From positions 1,550,001 to 1,614,000 of the forward strand of contig SMSO01000036.1 in the NCBI GenBank assembly GCA_004764695.1: DNA of 64,000 nt, read 5' to 3'. Origin of the DNA: Schizochytrium sp. TIO01 (Eukaryota > Protista > Bigyra: Labyrinthulomycetes). Every line of letters starts with the position of its first letter. Position 1 is the stretch's first letter. Below, one piece after another: positions 1-11,383 of this stretch. The notes under the pieces are model-generated. The model made no database searches. It saw only the letters and a list, made by a program, of their open reading frames with translations, and was not told the origin of the DNA. The translations under genes were made by a program, and so were the position numbers.

Positions 1-2252
1 TCTAGACAAACCATCCGGGCAAAACTATAGTCTGTGCTTCTCGTCCCTGACGCCTCAAGGGTTTCCTCAATTGAAGAAAATGTCTCCGTGAAACCCAGTA
101 AATCATACATGGATGAGTCTGCTTCTGGCAATGCAAACGTTCCGATAAGGATATCTGCATCATAGACGTAAAGAGTAGCTTTTGAAAGTTCTATAGGCCA
201 ATCAAGAAGTCTATTTTCAATATAGAAAACATACAAACTGCTTGCCATTTGGTCAAAGCGAATTGTCTCATTAACATATCCAGAATCAAAATTTGCATCT
301 CCTAGGTGTCGCGCACTTCCGCATTTACTATTTACGTCAGCGATGCTTGACACAGTACATGTTTTGGTATCGCTTGCGTTAAATCGAACCTTTAAGTCTA
401 AATCTGCCGGTGCTTCGCATGCTGAAGCGTTTGTAGCTGTGCAAACGAAACCGTCATTCCATACCAGACGTACAGATATGCTGGATGCATTAGCAAAGGT
501 TGGGCTCGTCGTGGGAGAGAGCGTCGTTGGCCCTTCGGTTGGTGAAGTGCTAGGCAAATCAGTTGGGTTCAACGTTGGGTTCATCGTGGGTGCTGCAGAA
601 CTGATACTAGGAGAGTTACTTGTGGGCACCAATGTAGGTGCGGAAGTTGAAGCACTTTCATTCCGCGCATCACATGCTGGGCATGTTCCTCCGCCACAAT
701 CAATCTCAAGTTCTTCTCCGTCTAAGATATTATTGTTACATGATGCAAGCCCGGGGCCAACACTGATATTTTGTTCAATGAGAAAATCACAAACCTCGGC
801 TCGAGAGCTTTCTTGCATTATAGTGATTTCACTACCGAGTTTCGTAGCCAAGCCTATACCAATACCTATCAAAGCAACAATTACCATCACAACAGCAACT
901 TTAGCACTTCGAGGATGGTGGAGCACCTTGCCGTCATGTTTTATCTCACGATGAAGATCAAGAGTCGCGCCCAAGCCAACAAATAAAATTGTCATATACC
1001 ACATTCCACCGCCTGCAATCAACGTACGAAATGTATAGAGGGCAGCGCTTACTGATACACAACATGCTGAATCGACACAACCAATTAAACAAGTATCTGC
1101 AATCGAATTGTTCATTTCGATTGTTTCCCAGGAAACGGTTGTGAGCATTTTAGACGTGGTAGAATTCGTTGTAATACGCTCACAGACAGGCGGATTTAAT
1201 TCTGTTATGCCATTTAACGGAATGTATTTTTCACAGGAAAAATAATCTTCAAACCAAGAGCGTCCCATCAGTTTTAATACATTGGCACATTGCTCATCGG
1301 ATGCTACTTCTTCGTCATATGTGTGTGCTGCGAGACCTATGAAGCTTACAAGGGCAAACAACGTCATGACAGAAGACAGGCCTCCGTGAATACCAAGCAT
1401 CTTCTTGTTTTCAATCCATCCAGCAAAAAAACCATAGATCGAAACTGCTGCAGCAATTATGCCCCAAATGGCAGCAACAGCAATCCACGACGTTGAGTTT
1501 CCAGATACTTTAATTGTAGCAGAAAGAAAGGCAACTCTATTGTTCATCATCAGTGCAGCAACCATGATAAACATTGCGCCAAGCAACATCCATAGGCAAC
1601 ACAATTCTTGTAACGATTGAATGATAATGTACCATGTAACAATGCGTAAACTCAATAGCATAGCAAACGCAGCCACTGGTATCATAACAAAGCCCAAGTA
1701 TACGCCGGCTTTCGCATAATCAAGGTCAGCGGAAGATGTGCACACCGTTTCAGCATGTGTTGAAAGCAACACCGATCCAGTTGACAGTACCACAAGCGAC
1801 ATTGCAATCCATGTACCGTGAAAGAATATTTCTAGGAGATTCTGTCCAGGAGTATCAAGACCATCAAGGTCATTCAGAAGATCATTAGGGACACGTTTCC
1901 AACCATAGAGGCCTACAGAGGCCATTGCACATACGAAAAAACAACCTCCACCAAATGCTTGAGCAATGGGGCATGTACTAGACGCGCTTAAACTACCTGC
2001 ACAAAAGGACATGAGGATCAGCATTACAAGCGAAAAGAATAATCTGCTGTGATCTTTGCTTTCTAAAATAAGCTCATATGCCATTCGGGCAGGGGTAGGT
2101 TTTTTCCCTCCTGGGTCTACTGACCGCAATCGAACATGTTTTTCATAGGAGCGAAGCTGACCGTCTGTAAATTTTTGCAAACGATATATTGATGGCTTCT
2201 GCGAGCTTTCAGCATCCGGAGCAGTTGGCAAAACCTTTGAAGATACTGTCAT
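1..2252 (-). CDS. Multi-pass membrane protein (about 9 TM, tetraspanin-like modules) followed by a Cys-rich motif, a P/T-rich linker and a YfaP/DUF2135-like domain; 3' end lies outside the window
   Basis: Manual translation from ATG at 2252 (MTVSSKVLPTAPDAE...) is open for 750 codons to base 1; absent from the ORF track because no stop falls in the window. About 9 hydrophobic segments, then CNNNILDGEELEIDCGGGTCPAC, PT-rich stretch, VRLVWNDG...DLDLKV. Confidence 0.85.
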   Translation of the reverse strand, partial: MTVSSKVLPTAPDAESSQKPSIYRLQKFTDGQLRSYEKHVRLRSVDPGGKKPTPARMAYELILESKDHSRLFFSLVMLILMSFCAGSLSASSTCPIAQAFGGGCFFVCAMASVGLYGWKRVPNDLLNDLDGLDTPGQNLLEIFFHGTWIAMSLVVLSTGSVLLSTHAETVCTSSADLDYAKAGVYLGFVMIPVAAFAMLLSLRIVTWYIIIQSLQELCCLWMLLGAMFIMVAALMMNNRVAFLSATIKVSGNSTSWIAVAAIWGIIAAAVSIYGFFAGWIENKKMLGIHGGLSSVMTLFALVSFIGLAAHTYDEEVASDEQCANVLKLMGRSWFEDYFSCEKYIPLNGITELNPPVCERITTNSTTSKMLTTVSWETIEMNNSIADTCLIGCVDSACCVSVSAALYTFRTLIAGGGMWYMTILFVGLGATLDLHREIKHDGKVLHHPRSAKVAVVMVIVALIGIGIGLATKLGSEITIMQESSRAEVCDFLIEQNISVGPGLASCNNNILDGEELEIDCGGGTCPACDARNESASTSAPTLVPTSNSPSISSAAPTMNPTLNPTDLPSTSPTEGPTTLSPTTSPTFANASSISVRLVWNDGFVCTATNASACEAPADLDLKVRFNASDTKTCTVSSIADVNSKCGSARHLGDANFDSGYVNETIRFDQMASSLYVFYIENRLLDWPIELSKATLYVYDADILIGTFALPEADSSMYDLLGFTETFSSIEETLEASGTRSTDYSFARMVCL

Positions 2253-3511
2253 CCTAGCTCTAGTAAAAGAATTATCTCTGTCTTATGCGTATAGCTCTGG
2301 CTATTTTATCTCACCCACAAATCCAGCTTTTGTCTTTTTTGATGATACCATTAAAGTAGTAATAAGGCGATTAGGACATCCAACGAGCTGGGATTGAGTG
2401 CAACTACACTCGTAAGATTTTCCAGCCCTAGGTCTGAAGTACTACGGATCGAAGAAGCTTCCAATATAAGATCTCTAGCTAATTTTATTACTGCAATCAA
2501 GAGTTTGGTTGATTTTAATTGATAGCTCGAGCTTATACTTGTTTCTTCGACAGTGTTTTACTACTTGCGTCTGATTCAAGATCAATTACTCGATCAATCC
2601 ACCGCGTCTTCTCTTTGCACTTGCTATATTAGATCTCCTCTGAAGAGTAATTGCTCAATGGGATAGCCTTCTATCCTTTCTAGCAGCTTCTGCAGCAACT
2701 TGTGACTTGCACCACGTATAATCGATATTAATTCTGATTTTGATGTTTTTTGGCGTACCTAAATTGCATTCGTCGCCACTCCTTCTACCCAAGCTATAAT
2801 ATGCCGACGTACTCTTGCTTTCTTCTGATGTTTCTACCCTAATATCATCAGGCTCAGCTGAGACATCTCCAGCTACTCTTTCCTCATGTTCCAACGCATC
2901 CTTTTATTGTAAATGACCATATCATTCTATAATTATGGCCGTTACGCTTTGAATGCGATGGCACTGTAAAATAAAAATAAATTTGTCTATCATCCTAAAA
3001 GCTTTTTAGCTCTCTGTATAACCCCTAGCTAGATATTACTTGAATACTAAGATTTTTTAAATTGAAAAACTAGGCGATTTAGGAGAAAAGCAGAATTTTT
3101 AATTTTTTTAATTTTTTTTAAGTTGTAGTGCGGTACACACCCCGTCGGTCTAGCAAAGAGCCCACCTCGATAGCACAATCAAAGTCACGATAAAATTCGT
3201 TCTTGGGAAGGAGACCTTCTTTGATTTAACTTCTGTGCTACGAGACGCCTGTGAGTTCCGCTTTAGTGCCTCTACGAGTTGTGCGGCTTGTCTTGCGGCG
3301 GGCGTGCTGCGTTTCACGTTTAGCACAACTCATGCACGCACGCCTAAGCATAAGCAAGGGAGCGAACGAAGAAGTGGGACAGGCGGGCTTCTTTAAGCTT
3401 TAACATAAATAACTCGCAGTGGGTTGCAAAGACGCGTAAACGTCAGAACCATCAGATTTTGTAGCGATTGACATTGGTGTCTGGTACCAGAGAGCGAAAC
3501 GGGTCACAACA

Positions 3512-6178
3512 ATGGCACAAGAGCTTCAACGGGGCGACGCGAAAAGACCGACTTGTGAAGAAGACGGTAAAGAAGGGGACTTGATTACAAAGACCCGAAA
3601 GGGATTAGCAACTACTGAGAACAATGCTATGAGAAGCAATCCTCAAATGCGTCGCCAGGACGACCAGCTGTCCAAAAAGGGCTCTTTAGGGCGAGACGAT
3701 GAACTCCTACAGAGTGTGGTGAATAAGAGCGCCACGAGTATTACGGACTACAATGTAGCCCGCGCGGTGGGAAAGGGAAAGTTCTCGACGGTATATCGTG
3801 CCGAGTTGAAGTCTAGCGGAGAGACGTTTGCCCTAAAACGAGTGTCGGTGTTCACAAATATGAGCAGAAAGTCAAGGATTAAGTGTCTGGAAGAAGTCGG
3901 TTTGATTCAAGCATTGGATCATAGCAACATTATTCGTTGCGAGGATGCATTCTTAGACCAAGATGAATTAATTATTGTTCTTGAATGGGCAAGTGCAGGC
4001 GATTTGAAGCGACAGATTCGCAAAGCCAATGAGCGCGGGAAACGCTTAGAAGAACGTGTTATATGGAGATATTTTGTCCAGCTTGTCAGTGCAATTGAAC
4101 ATATGCACTCTAAGAGAATTATGCATCGTGATTTGAAGCCTGCAAATATTTTTCTGATGACCGATGGATGTGTAAAGGTCGGCGATCTGGGTCTCGGTCG
4201 CGCCCTAGGTGATGACATGACTGCTGCCTACTCGAAAGTAGGTACGCCCTTGTATATGTCGCCCGAGGTACTCCAAGGTAAAGGGTATGATTGGAAATCA
4301 GATGTATGGAGCTTGGGATGTATTTTATATGAGTTGGCAATGCTTCGATCGCCATTCAAGGAAGAGGGTATTGCCCTACCGGACCTCTTCAAAAAAATTG
4401 AAACAGGAAAATACCCCCCTCTCGATGATCACTATTCTACTGAACTGATCGATCTTGCAAACTCAATGCTGCGCCTTACCCCAGCAGATCGCCCGGATGT
4501 CCAGCATATTGCTGCACGGTCACATGCAATGTATAAGGGAATCCAAATGCGTCCGCTTACTATTGCTACGCAACGTACTTCTCCTCGAGAGGAGAAACAT
4601 CAGGCTCATGTAGAAGGGAGAAGTACGATTCCTTCCTCACATTCTTCGGGCACATCGCCATCTCCTTCATGTAAGACATCTAGCCGCCAGCAAAGCTCAT
4701 CTTCTTCTGAGGAGCCAACAACTTTTAATCATCCTCAAGAACAAGCGAATCTAGATAGAGGCGACCTAAAATTAGCAACGAGAGATAGACGCCCAAATAA
4801 TGCAAGTGAACCACATTCTGGTAGCTCATCCAAGAGCGTACCTGCAAACTCCCCTTTAAGGGAGACCAGCAACGTTGATAAAAATGCTGCAACAAACATC
4901 TCTGGGAAGGGAACGTCCTTTACGGGTTATGCAACACATGCTAAAACTGCAATGCTGGTCACGGATAAATCAGCACTGCTTGATATTGACAATGCTGCTG
5001 ATTTACTTACAATCGCAAAATACCCAAATAAAGATTTACAACCTGCTGTAAGATTTGCCCATGACCCTGATCTCATAGGAGGCCCAGCTGGCAGCCGCCA
5101 TTCACAGTATGTTGCATTCATGAATATATGTTCATGGATACTAGTCCAAATGAACTCATCATGGAGGTTCGATGGTTTGCAGCCTCCTCTACAAAATGCA
5201 CGTACTCTTTTGACAACCATCAGTGCATTAGGGCGTCATATAGAACAAGAAGTGAGTTTAGTGAGCCCCTCTCATCTTATCAACGGTTTTGGTCCTCCAG
5301 TATGCCGCATTATGTTTATTTTGGCAGAAATGCTAGTTTATCGGGTGCAAAAAATTTGTTTTATGCCTCCAGACTACACAGTTATTGCAAGCACCTCAAT
5401 TGAGGATATGGACAACGACAATGATGATTTACTGCAAGAAGAAGCAATAGAGAGTGAGATTGAAGCTGAAGCTATGTCAGATGACGAAGATTTGAATGTC
5501 GAGCCAGCTTCCTGGATACAAGGTAAATTAGGCTCTATATCAAAAAATAGTCAGTCAATAAGTGGTGCATTAGGTGCACCAATTAAATTGCCAATGTTAG
5601 ATAATCCTTGCCAAGATGCACTAGAGGAATGGCAATTAGAACTAGAACGCGTTTCATCAAAATTGCATAATGCAAACAAGAGCTGTACTTTAGTTGGGTG
5701 GCAAGACCGAGTTCATACTTTGACTGAGGCAAAGATGTCCTTGGGATCTCGCTCTAGCTCTATTAACACGTTGCGTATTGCTGCAGACAAGTGGGATGAG
5801 GAGGTATCACAAATTCGTCTGAAGGAAGCAAGGCTAAACAACAATTTCGAAAATGAAAGAAATATTTACGACATTACTAGACAACGGCGCGATGACTTAG
5901 AGTCAAAGATGCACGAATTAAGGGACAGAGTTGATGCGCTTGTTGCCGAATTTGATGAACTGGGCGATCGTGAAGAAGAGATTGTGTCTCGGATATCGGA
6001 GAGCTCTGACAAATTGTCTGGCCCTGATCGCGTGAGAAAGCTGCGCACAATGATTGCACAACTTGGACGCGAGGTGAAAAGCATGAATATTCAGATTGGG
6101 ACACAGCTTCATAATGTTGAGCAAAATCAAGCAAAAGATGAAACTGAGAAGTCTTCAACGACTTTATCAGCAGCCTAA
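3512..6178 (+). CDS. NEK6/7-like Ser/Thr kinase fused to a C-terminal IFT57/HIPPI-like region
   Basis: 888 aa. Kinase motifs GKGKFSTV, HRDLKPANIF, GDLGLGR (NEK6/7 signature), GTPLYMSPE, KSDVWSLG. C-terminal half has IFT57-like motifs PSHLINGFGPPVC, EEWQLELERV, EVKSMNIQIG. Confidence 0.9.
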   Translation: MAQELQRGDAKRPTCEEDGKEGDLITKTRKGLATTENNAMRSNPQMRRQDDQLSKKGSLGRDDELLQSVVNKSATSITDYNVARAVGKGKFSTVYRAELKSSGETFALKRVSVFTNMSRKSRIKCLEEVGLIQALDHSNIIRCEDAFLDQDELIIVLEWASAGDLKRQIRKANERGKRLEERVIWRYFVQLVSAIEHMHSKRIMHRDLKPANIFLMTDGCVKVGDLGLGRALGDDMTAAYSKVGTPLYMSPEVLQGKGYDWKSDVWSLGCILYELAMLRSPFKEEGIALPDLFKKIETGKYPPLDDHYSTELIDLANSMLRLTPADRPDVQHIAARSHAMYKGIQMRPLTIATQRTSPREEKHQAHVEGRSTIPSSHSSGTSPSPSCKTSSRQQSSSSSEEPTTFNHPQEQANLDRGDLKLATRDRRPNNASEPHSGSSSKSVPANSPLRETSNVDKNAATNISGKGTSFTGYATHAKTAMLVTDKSALLDIDNAADLLTIAKYPNKDLQPAVRFAHDPDLIGGPAGSRHSQYVAFMNICSWILVQMNSSWRFDGLQPPLQNARTLLTTISALGRHIEQEVSLVSPSHLINGFGPPVCRIMFILAEMLVYRVQKICFMPPDYTVIASTSIEDMDNDNDDLLQEEAIESEIEAEAMSDDEDLNVEPASWIQGKLGSISKNSQSISGALGAPIKLPMLDNPCQDALEEWQLELERVSSKLHNANKSCTLVGWQDRVHTLTEAKMSLGSRSSSINTLRIAADKWDEEVSQIRLKEARLNNNFENERNIYDITRQRRDDLESKMHELRDRVDALVAEFDELGDREEEIVSRISESSDKLSGPDRVRKLRTMIAQLGREVKSMNIQIGTQLHNVEQNQAKDETEKSSTTLSAA

Positions 6179-6370
6179 GCACAAGCGATTCAAAATACGT
6201 AGGCCTTAAACTTTAAACTACTATGAAACAAGTTTTTCTATAAAAATGAACAAAAGCAAGAAACAGCAATATTCAGATATTGTTAGACAAGATCAGGTAG
6301 TTAAGACTTTTATTATAGGAAAAACATGGCACATAATAATCTTAATTGTTTTGAATAAGTAACAAAGACC

Positions 6371-7627
6371 CTAAGGGCGAACTTGAAGAAACGCAGGAAG
6401 AGAAACCCTACGATTCAAAAACCCTACCAGCTCTTGTGCAGTGCGTACAGGTGCATCTTCATGTACAAAATGGCCTACGCGAACTTCCGGGAATACGACA
6501 AGTTTGAATTTCCCTGTGCATGCAAATGTAAAAGGATTAACAACATTGTTTACGAAAAAAGGTCAGTCCAGTTGCTCCATAAGAAAGTCAAATTTAATTT
6601 GCATCGCAGCAACCTCCCAACCAAAAGAGAACTTACCCTGCATGTGGCCGACCATCATGGGTTGATCAAGTCGTTCACGGCCCGCCAAAAGAATCGCCTT
6701 GTTGATCAGTCGTATGTCTACAAAAGCCTGCGAAAATCCGGTAAACCAACTTGCCCAAGCATCGTAGCTTTTCGCAAGATCAGTTCGCCATATGAAGCCC
6801 GACGAGGCTCCAAAGGCAGCTGCCTCCTTCGTGGATGCCTTGCGAAGCTGACCGCGCATAGACACATTTGCAGAAACAGGGTTCTGTGTCATACCATGCT
6901 CTAGTGCCCATAGTACAGCTGTCCGAAAGTTCGCAAACCCAGCTGGTCGCTTAGTAACAGTAGCAAGTGAGTGTTCCAAAGAACTGAGAGCTAACTCTTC
7001 CACCGCATCCATGACGAAAAGGCCCCGAACCTGCACAGTGTTCGTTCGTGAGGCCATGAGCTCCTTCGCAACCCAGCAAGCAATAGCCCCCCCCATGCTA
7101 TGGCCTACCAAAAATACATGCGTAGGCTTATCGCGTGGTACAGTCGAAGAAACTAAGGTATCTACAATCGCAAGGCAGTCATGCACAAGCTGATCTTTTG
7201 TAAGACTATCGTATTCTTTCGTGCACTCTGTCGCTCCATGAGCACGTGCATCGTAGGCAAACAATGCTGGTGCAGAAGGTCCTTTGAGCATTCGTTTAAG
7301 CTCTGCCACAGTGGTCGCGTACGTCTGAGAGGACTGTCCCGCTCCATGGAGAAATAGAACCAATGCTTTTCCTTCAGCGACCTGGATGGCTTCAGGTGCA
7401 ACAAGGGGAATTTTACCAGCTCGTGCATCGTCAATTTCCAAGTCCGCTGCAGCTTTCATTTGCATTGGCACGTTTCGATTGCCTTCTACGAGAACTGCGT
7501 CTTCCTGAGCCCATCTAAGTAAAAAGAGATCGTCATTCTCCCCGTCACCACCGTCCACGCCTTTCAAGCAAAGTCTGCACGCTCCAGACCAAGCCTGTAT
7601 CTCGTTCAAGGTCTCATCATTCATCAT
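6371..7627 (-). CDS. PPME1: Protein phosphatase methylesterase 1 (alpha/beta hydrolase); join(6371..6513,6637..7627); start uncertain, possible extra 5' exon 7750..7911
   Basis: FLHGAG, YDARAHG, GHSMGG nucleophile, WRTDL, ILLAGRERLD..MVGHMQGKF. Removing GTAAGT...CACAG intron 6514..6636 restores KLVVFPEVRVGHFVHEDAP with the catalytic His. Confidence 0.9.
6514..6636 (-). other. Spliceosomal intron of PPME1 (123 nt)
   Basis: GTAAGT donor and CACAG acceptor; splicing restores the conserved GHxxHED motif in frame. Confidence 0.9.
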
Positions 7628-8577
7628 GTTGCTGGCTGTAGCTACGTCTAGCTGCTGGACAACCTGCAACGAGGATCAATCGTCTGCTTGTGCAGACTTC
7701 TCTAAATCGTTGTTGATGTTAATTTTCCATTCCTATAGTAATTAATTACTCTGTTTGCAATCATCATCGTTATCAGATTCCCTGCATTCCCTGGTTTTAC
7801 TCCTTTTCTTAAACCCACGTTTTTGTTTTCAGGACACTCTGCGATTGAACTCGGCACTTTAGACAATTGACTTTCGTGCTCAAAGCAGTCGTCATCTTGC
7901 TTTCGAAGCATTTTGCATTCCTAATGCAGCGCCAAAGTGGACTTTGAGTGAGATATCGCACTCAAACTCGGGAAGGGAAAAAAGCTTAGTATTACGAGTA
8001 CTACAACACCTAAAACAAAGAACATGAATACGTCTGAAGAGGTCTATCTCTTTGTTTGAGTTGGATATTGCTTGGTCAAATATAGTATGCAGAGACAGCA
8101 TTAACATCTGCTGTTTAAACCTGCCAAGGGTAGTTTTCCAACGCTTGTTTGCAACTCATGTTTGCAATCTATCCCGTTTGCTCATTCATCCCTTTCCGCC
8201 AAAGCCAAAGCCCTCCCTGCTACCGTATCACCTTCACCATTTCATGTTCTGTTTCTTTTATTATGAACGTTCCCATTATGTGAATTTAAATACCAACTTG
8301 AATACTGGGAAAACTAAGGCCTTGTGAACAGTTTTGGAGGGAAAAGAACAACCAACTGAAGAGAGTGCTTGCAGATTGCCTTTCTCCAATAAGAACAGCA
8401 CTACTAGTTTTACTTATTTGCCGCATATCGAAAGTACTTTTACTTATTATAAATTCAACAAACTAATAAACAAAAAGATTAAAGATTAAAAGCATTCAAA
8501 GCAACAGAGACTACGGTAGTACCTATTCGTGCCTATAAGAAGGAAGAGGGAGGAGAATAACAAATAAACAAATAATC

Positions 8578-8645
8578 GAATGAATGAATGAATGAATGAA
8601 TGAATGAATGAATGAATGAATGAATGAATGAATGAATGAATGAAT
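8578..8645. repeat. (GAAT)17 microsatellite
   Basis: Perfect tetranucleotide tandem array read directly. Confidence 0.98.
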
Positions 8646-9859
8646 AAGTGACTCGGATGCGGAGAGAAGGCGGCAAACAGACAGGGAATCGGGGCTGTTT
8701 GGCAGAGGCCTCGTAGCTGAAAACGGGGGGGCGGTTTCCGTCCTGGGAGGAGGCTCGGAAGACACACGCCTCCACCATCGATAGCCTGCCGGGCCGTTGT
8801 GGCACTCCCCGTCTCGGCTCGCCGCCTCGTTGGCAGATAGATAGGTCGCTGACTGATTGCTCTCATTCAGCCATTCAGTCTTTTTCTCTTTGATTTCTTT
8901 TACTGATAAAATCAAAATTTTACTTCGGTCGCCCGTTCGCTCTTTCGCTCCCTCGTGCGACTCTGTTGTGTGCCTTTAACGAAGAGAGAGTCAAGCAAGA
9001 AGCTGAGAGATACTGTCGGGAGATTGAAGTCGCGAACGGTGCTAGGAAGCTGGCAAGCAGAGGAACTCTTTAGTCCCCTTTTTTGCCTAGGTTTGGTTCC
9101 CTCTCGATTTGGTTTCTTTTTCCCTTCTTTGATTTCTTCTAAAAGTTCATCTTCTTCGCATTTATCTCTGGAAACTCCATTCTTCTTGAAGACGAACTCA
9201 GAGTTCAAGATCTTCGCAATCTTTCCACAAAAAAAAAGTCCTTCTTTACATCCATTCTGGCCGTTCCTGAGAGGCAACAGCTTGATTTATTTGACGTGGA
9301 CTGTTGGACGCTTTTCATTTGGAATTTTTGGTGCTCGTGCATCACATCCATTGTTGACACAGACTGTTGGATCAATCGATAGATTTTGCGAGGAAGATTC
9401 ATAGTTGTATTCCCTTTGCGTGACGGTTGCTGCCCTTTTCGGCGTATAGTCCAACCTGCGCCCCAAACAGTTTGGTCGACACTAGATTGTTGTGCTAGAG
9501 CTTAGTAGTCAACCTTGTTGATATACTCTTCAGCTTCTTGGGAGACGCGGTGGGTACTGGTACTAATTAGTGCAAACTCGATCACCGTGAATCGTGTGAC
9601 TGTCTGCCCTGAAATAACTATCCCGTGGGTACTGAGTGTGTTTCCAAAGAAGAGAAATCCGAAGATATCCTTCTCTCAGTTTTTATTTTTTGTGTAGTGT
9701 ACTTTTCCTCGGACCCTTCCGTTGTGCGATCGGCTGCACCTGTGCAGCTAGCGAACGCGAACTTTGATTGGAAAAGATTACAACAAATAGTAGATAGATA
9801 CCTTCAACATATTTAAGTAAAGACAGTCGACACCTGCTTATCGCGAAGTATCAATCAGA

Positions 9860-11341
9860 ATGCAGCAAGTTCAACAAACACAGAAATCAGGGCCAGCCGC
9901 GACAAACAAAAATAGTGGCAGTGCTAGCGGTAACAGCAATAGCAGCAACAAGCAGCGTGTCCACGTAGAGGATGCGCGTCTAGAGCGGAAATCAGACAGC
10001 AACTGGGGCTCAAGGAGTGTTAACTGCTATAAACTTATTGAGCAAGTAGGACAAGGTACCTATGGTAAGGTTTACCGAGGTCAACACCGAGCTACAAGAA
10101 ATGGTCAAGAGCCAAAGTTTCAAGTTGCTCTGAAAAGGGTCAAAGTTGACCCGAAGAAACGGAATCGTGGTGTGCCTATGCAAACCTTACGTGAAATTCG
10201 CCTCTTACGGTCTTTGCAACATGAAAACCTTGTCAACCTCGTCGAGGTTGTCACATCTACGCGTCCAAACGGGGAATATGCCGATAATGGCTCCATTTAC
10301 CTTGTGTTTGAGTATTTTCCTATGGATCTTGCTGGCTTATGCAGCATGACAATTCTTGACAGACACGAGGTTCAATGTTACACAAAACAATTGCTCAGTG
10401 CCATTGCATATTTGCACGAAAATGACGTCTGTCACCGCGACATAAAATGCTCGAACATTTTGATGAATACGAATCACTCTCTTAAAGTTACTGATTTTGG
10501 CCTAGCACGCCGCATGGACCTACAAGAAGATGGGGGTCTGGGGTCTTCAAACCATCAATACACAAACAGAGTGGTGACTTTGTGGTACCGGGCTCCTGAG
10601 CTACTTCTAGGATCGCAATCGTATGACATGGGTGTGGATTTGTGGTCTGTGGGCTGCATTATCGCAGAGCTCATCACGGGCACTGCATTATTCCAAGGCA
10701 AAGTTGAGTTAGACCAACTGCGCAAAATCTTTGAGCTTTGTGGCACTCCAATGTCTGACGAACATTGGCCTACCATTAAAGAATTACCTAATCATTTATG
10801 GTTAACCGAATTGCAAAACATAAACTCATCCGTGGTACGTGAAGCGATTAAAGGTTCGACACGCATGGCTATCAAAGAACCACCTGGACGACTTGAGGCC
10901 TACCTCAGCGGAAACAACGTTCCGCCAGAAGTTGTGGACTTGATACAGAAACTTCTGATCCTAGATCCATCAAAACGATGGACAGCCGAACAAGCGCTGC
11001 AGTCAACCTATGTTAAGAATGCGCCGAATCCAGAAGACTTGGTACCAATAGATCTCTCAGAAATTGCATCTTCTGCTCAGGGAATGCACGAATGGGAGAC
11101 TAAAAAGCGACCCAAGGAGGAGCGCATGAAAAAGTCAATGAAAACTACCAGAACCCATATCGGCTTACGAACAAATTTATCTAGTAACACTTCTGTTTCT
11201 CCGTCTCGACTTCACCCTCACGAAGCGCGCCATTCTGCAGGACAAGCGCCGTCTTTTGCTGGACATCGTCAAATGGGGTCATTGCCACATCACATCCCAT
11301 TAACAAATGATTATGGTTACAACTCCAGTATTAGTGGTAGT

Positions 11342-11383
<42 letters not shown>

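Noticed and set aside
343-954. 203-aa plus-strand ORF (VG-rich)
   Set aside because: Antisense shadow of the P/T-rich part of the minus-strand gene 1..2252.
2655-2894. 79-aa minus-strand ORF
   Set aside because: Non-ATG start, no motif and no consistent splice path found; may be leader or intron sequence.
8486-8915. ORFs with HSFI repeats
   Set aside because: Artefact of the stop-free strand of the (GAAT)n microsatellite.
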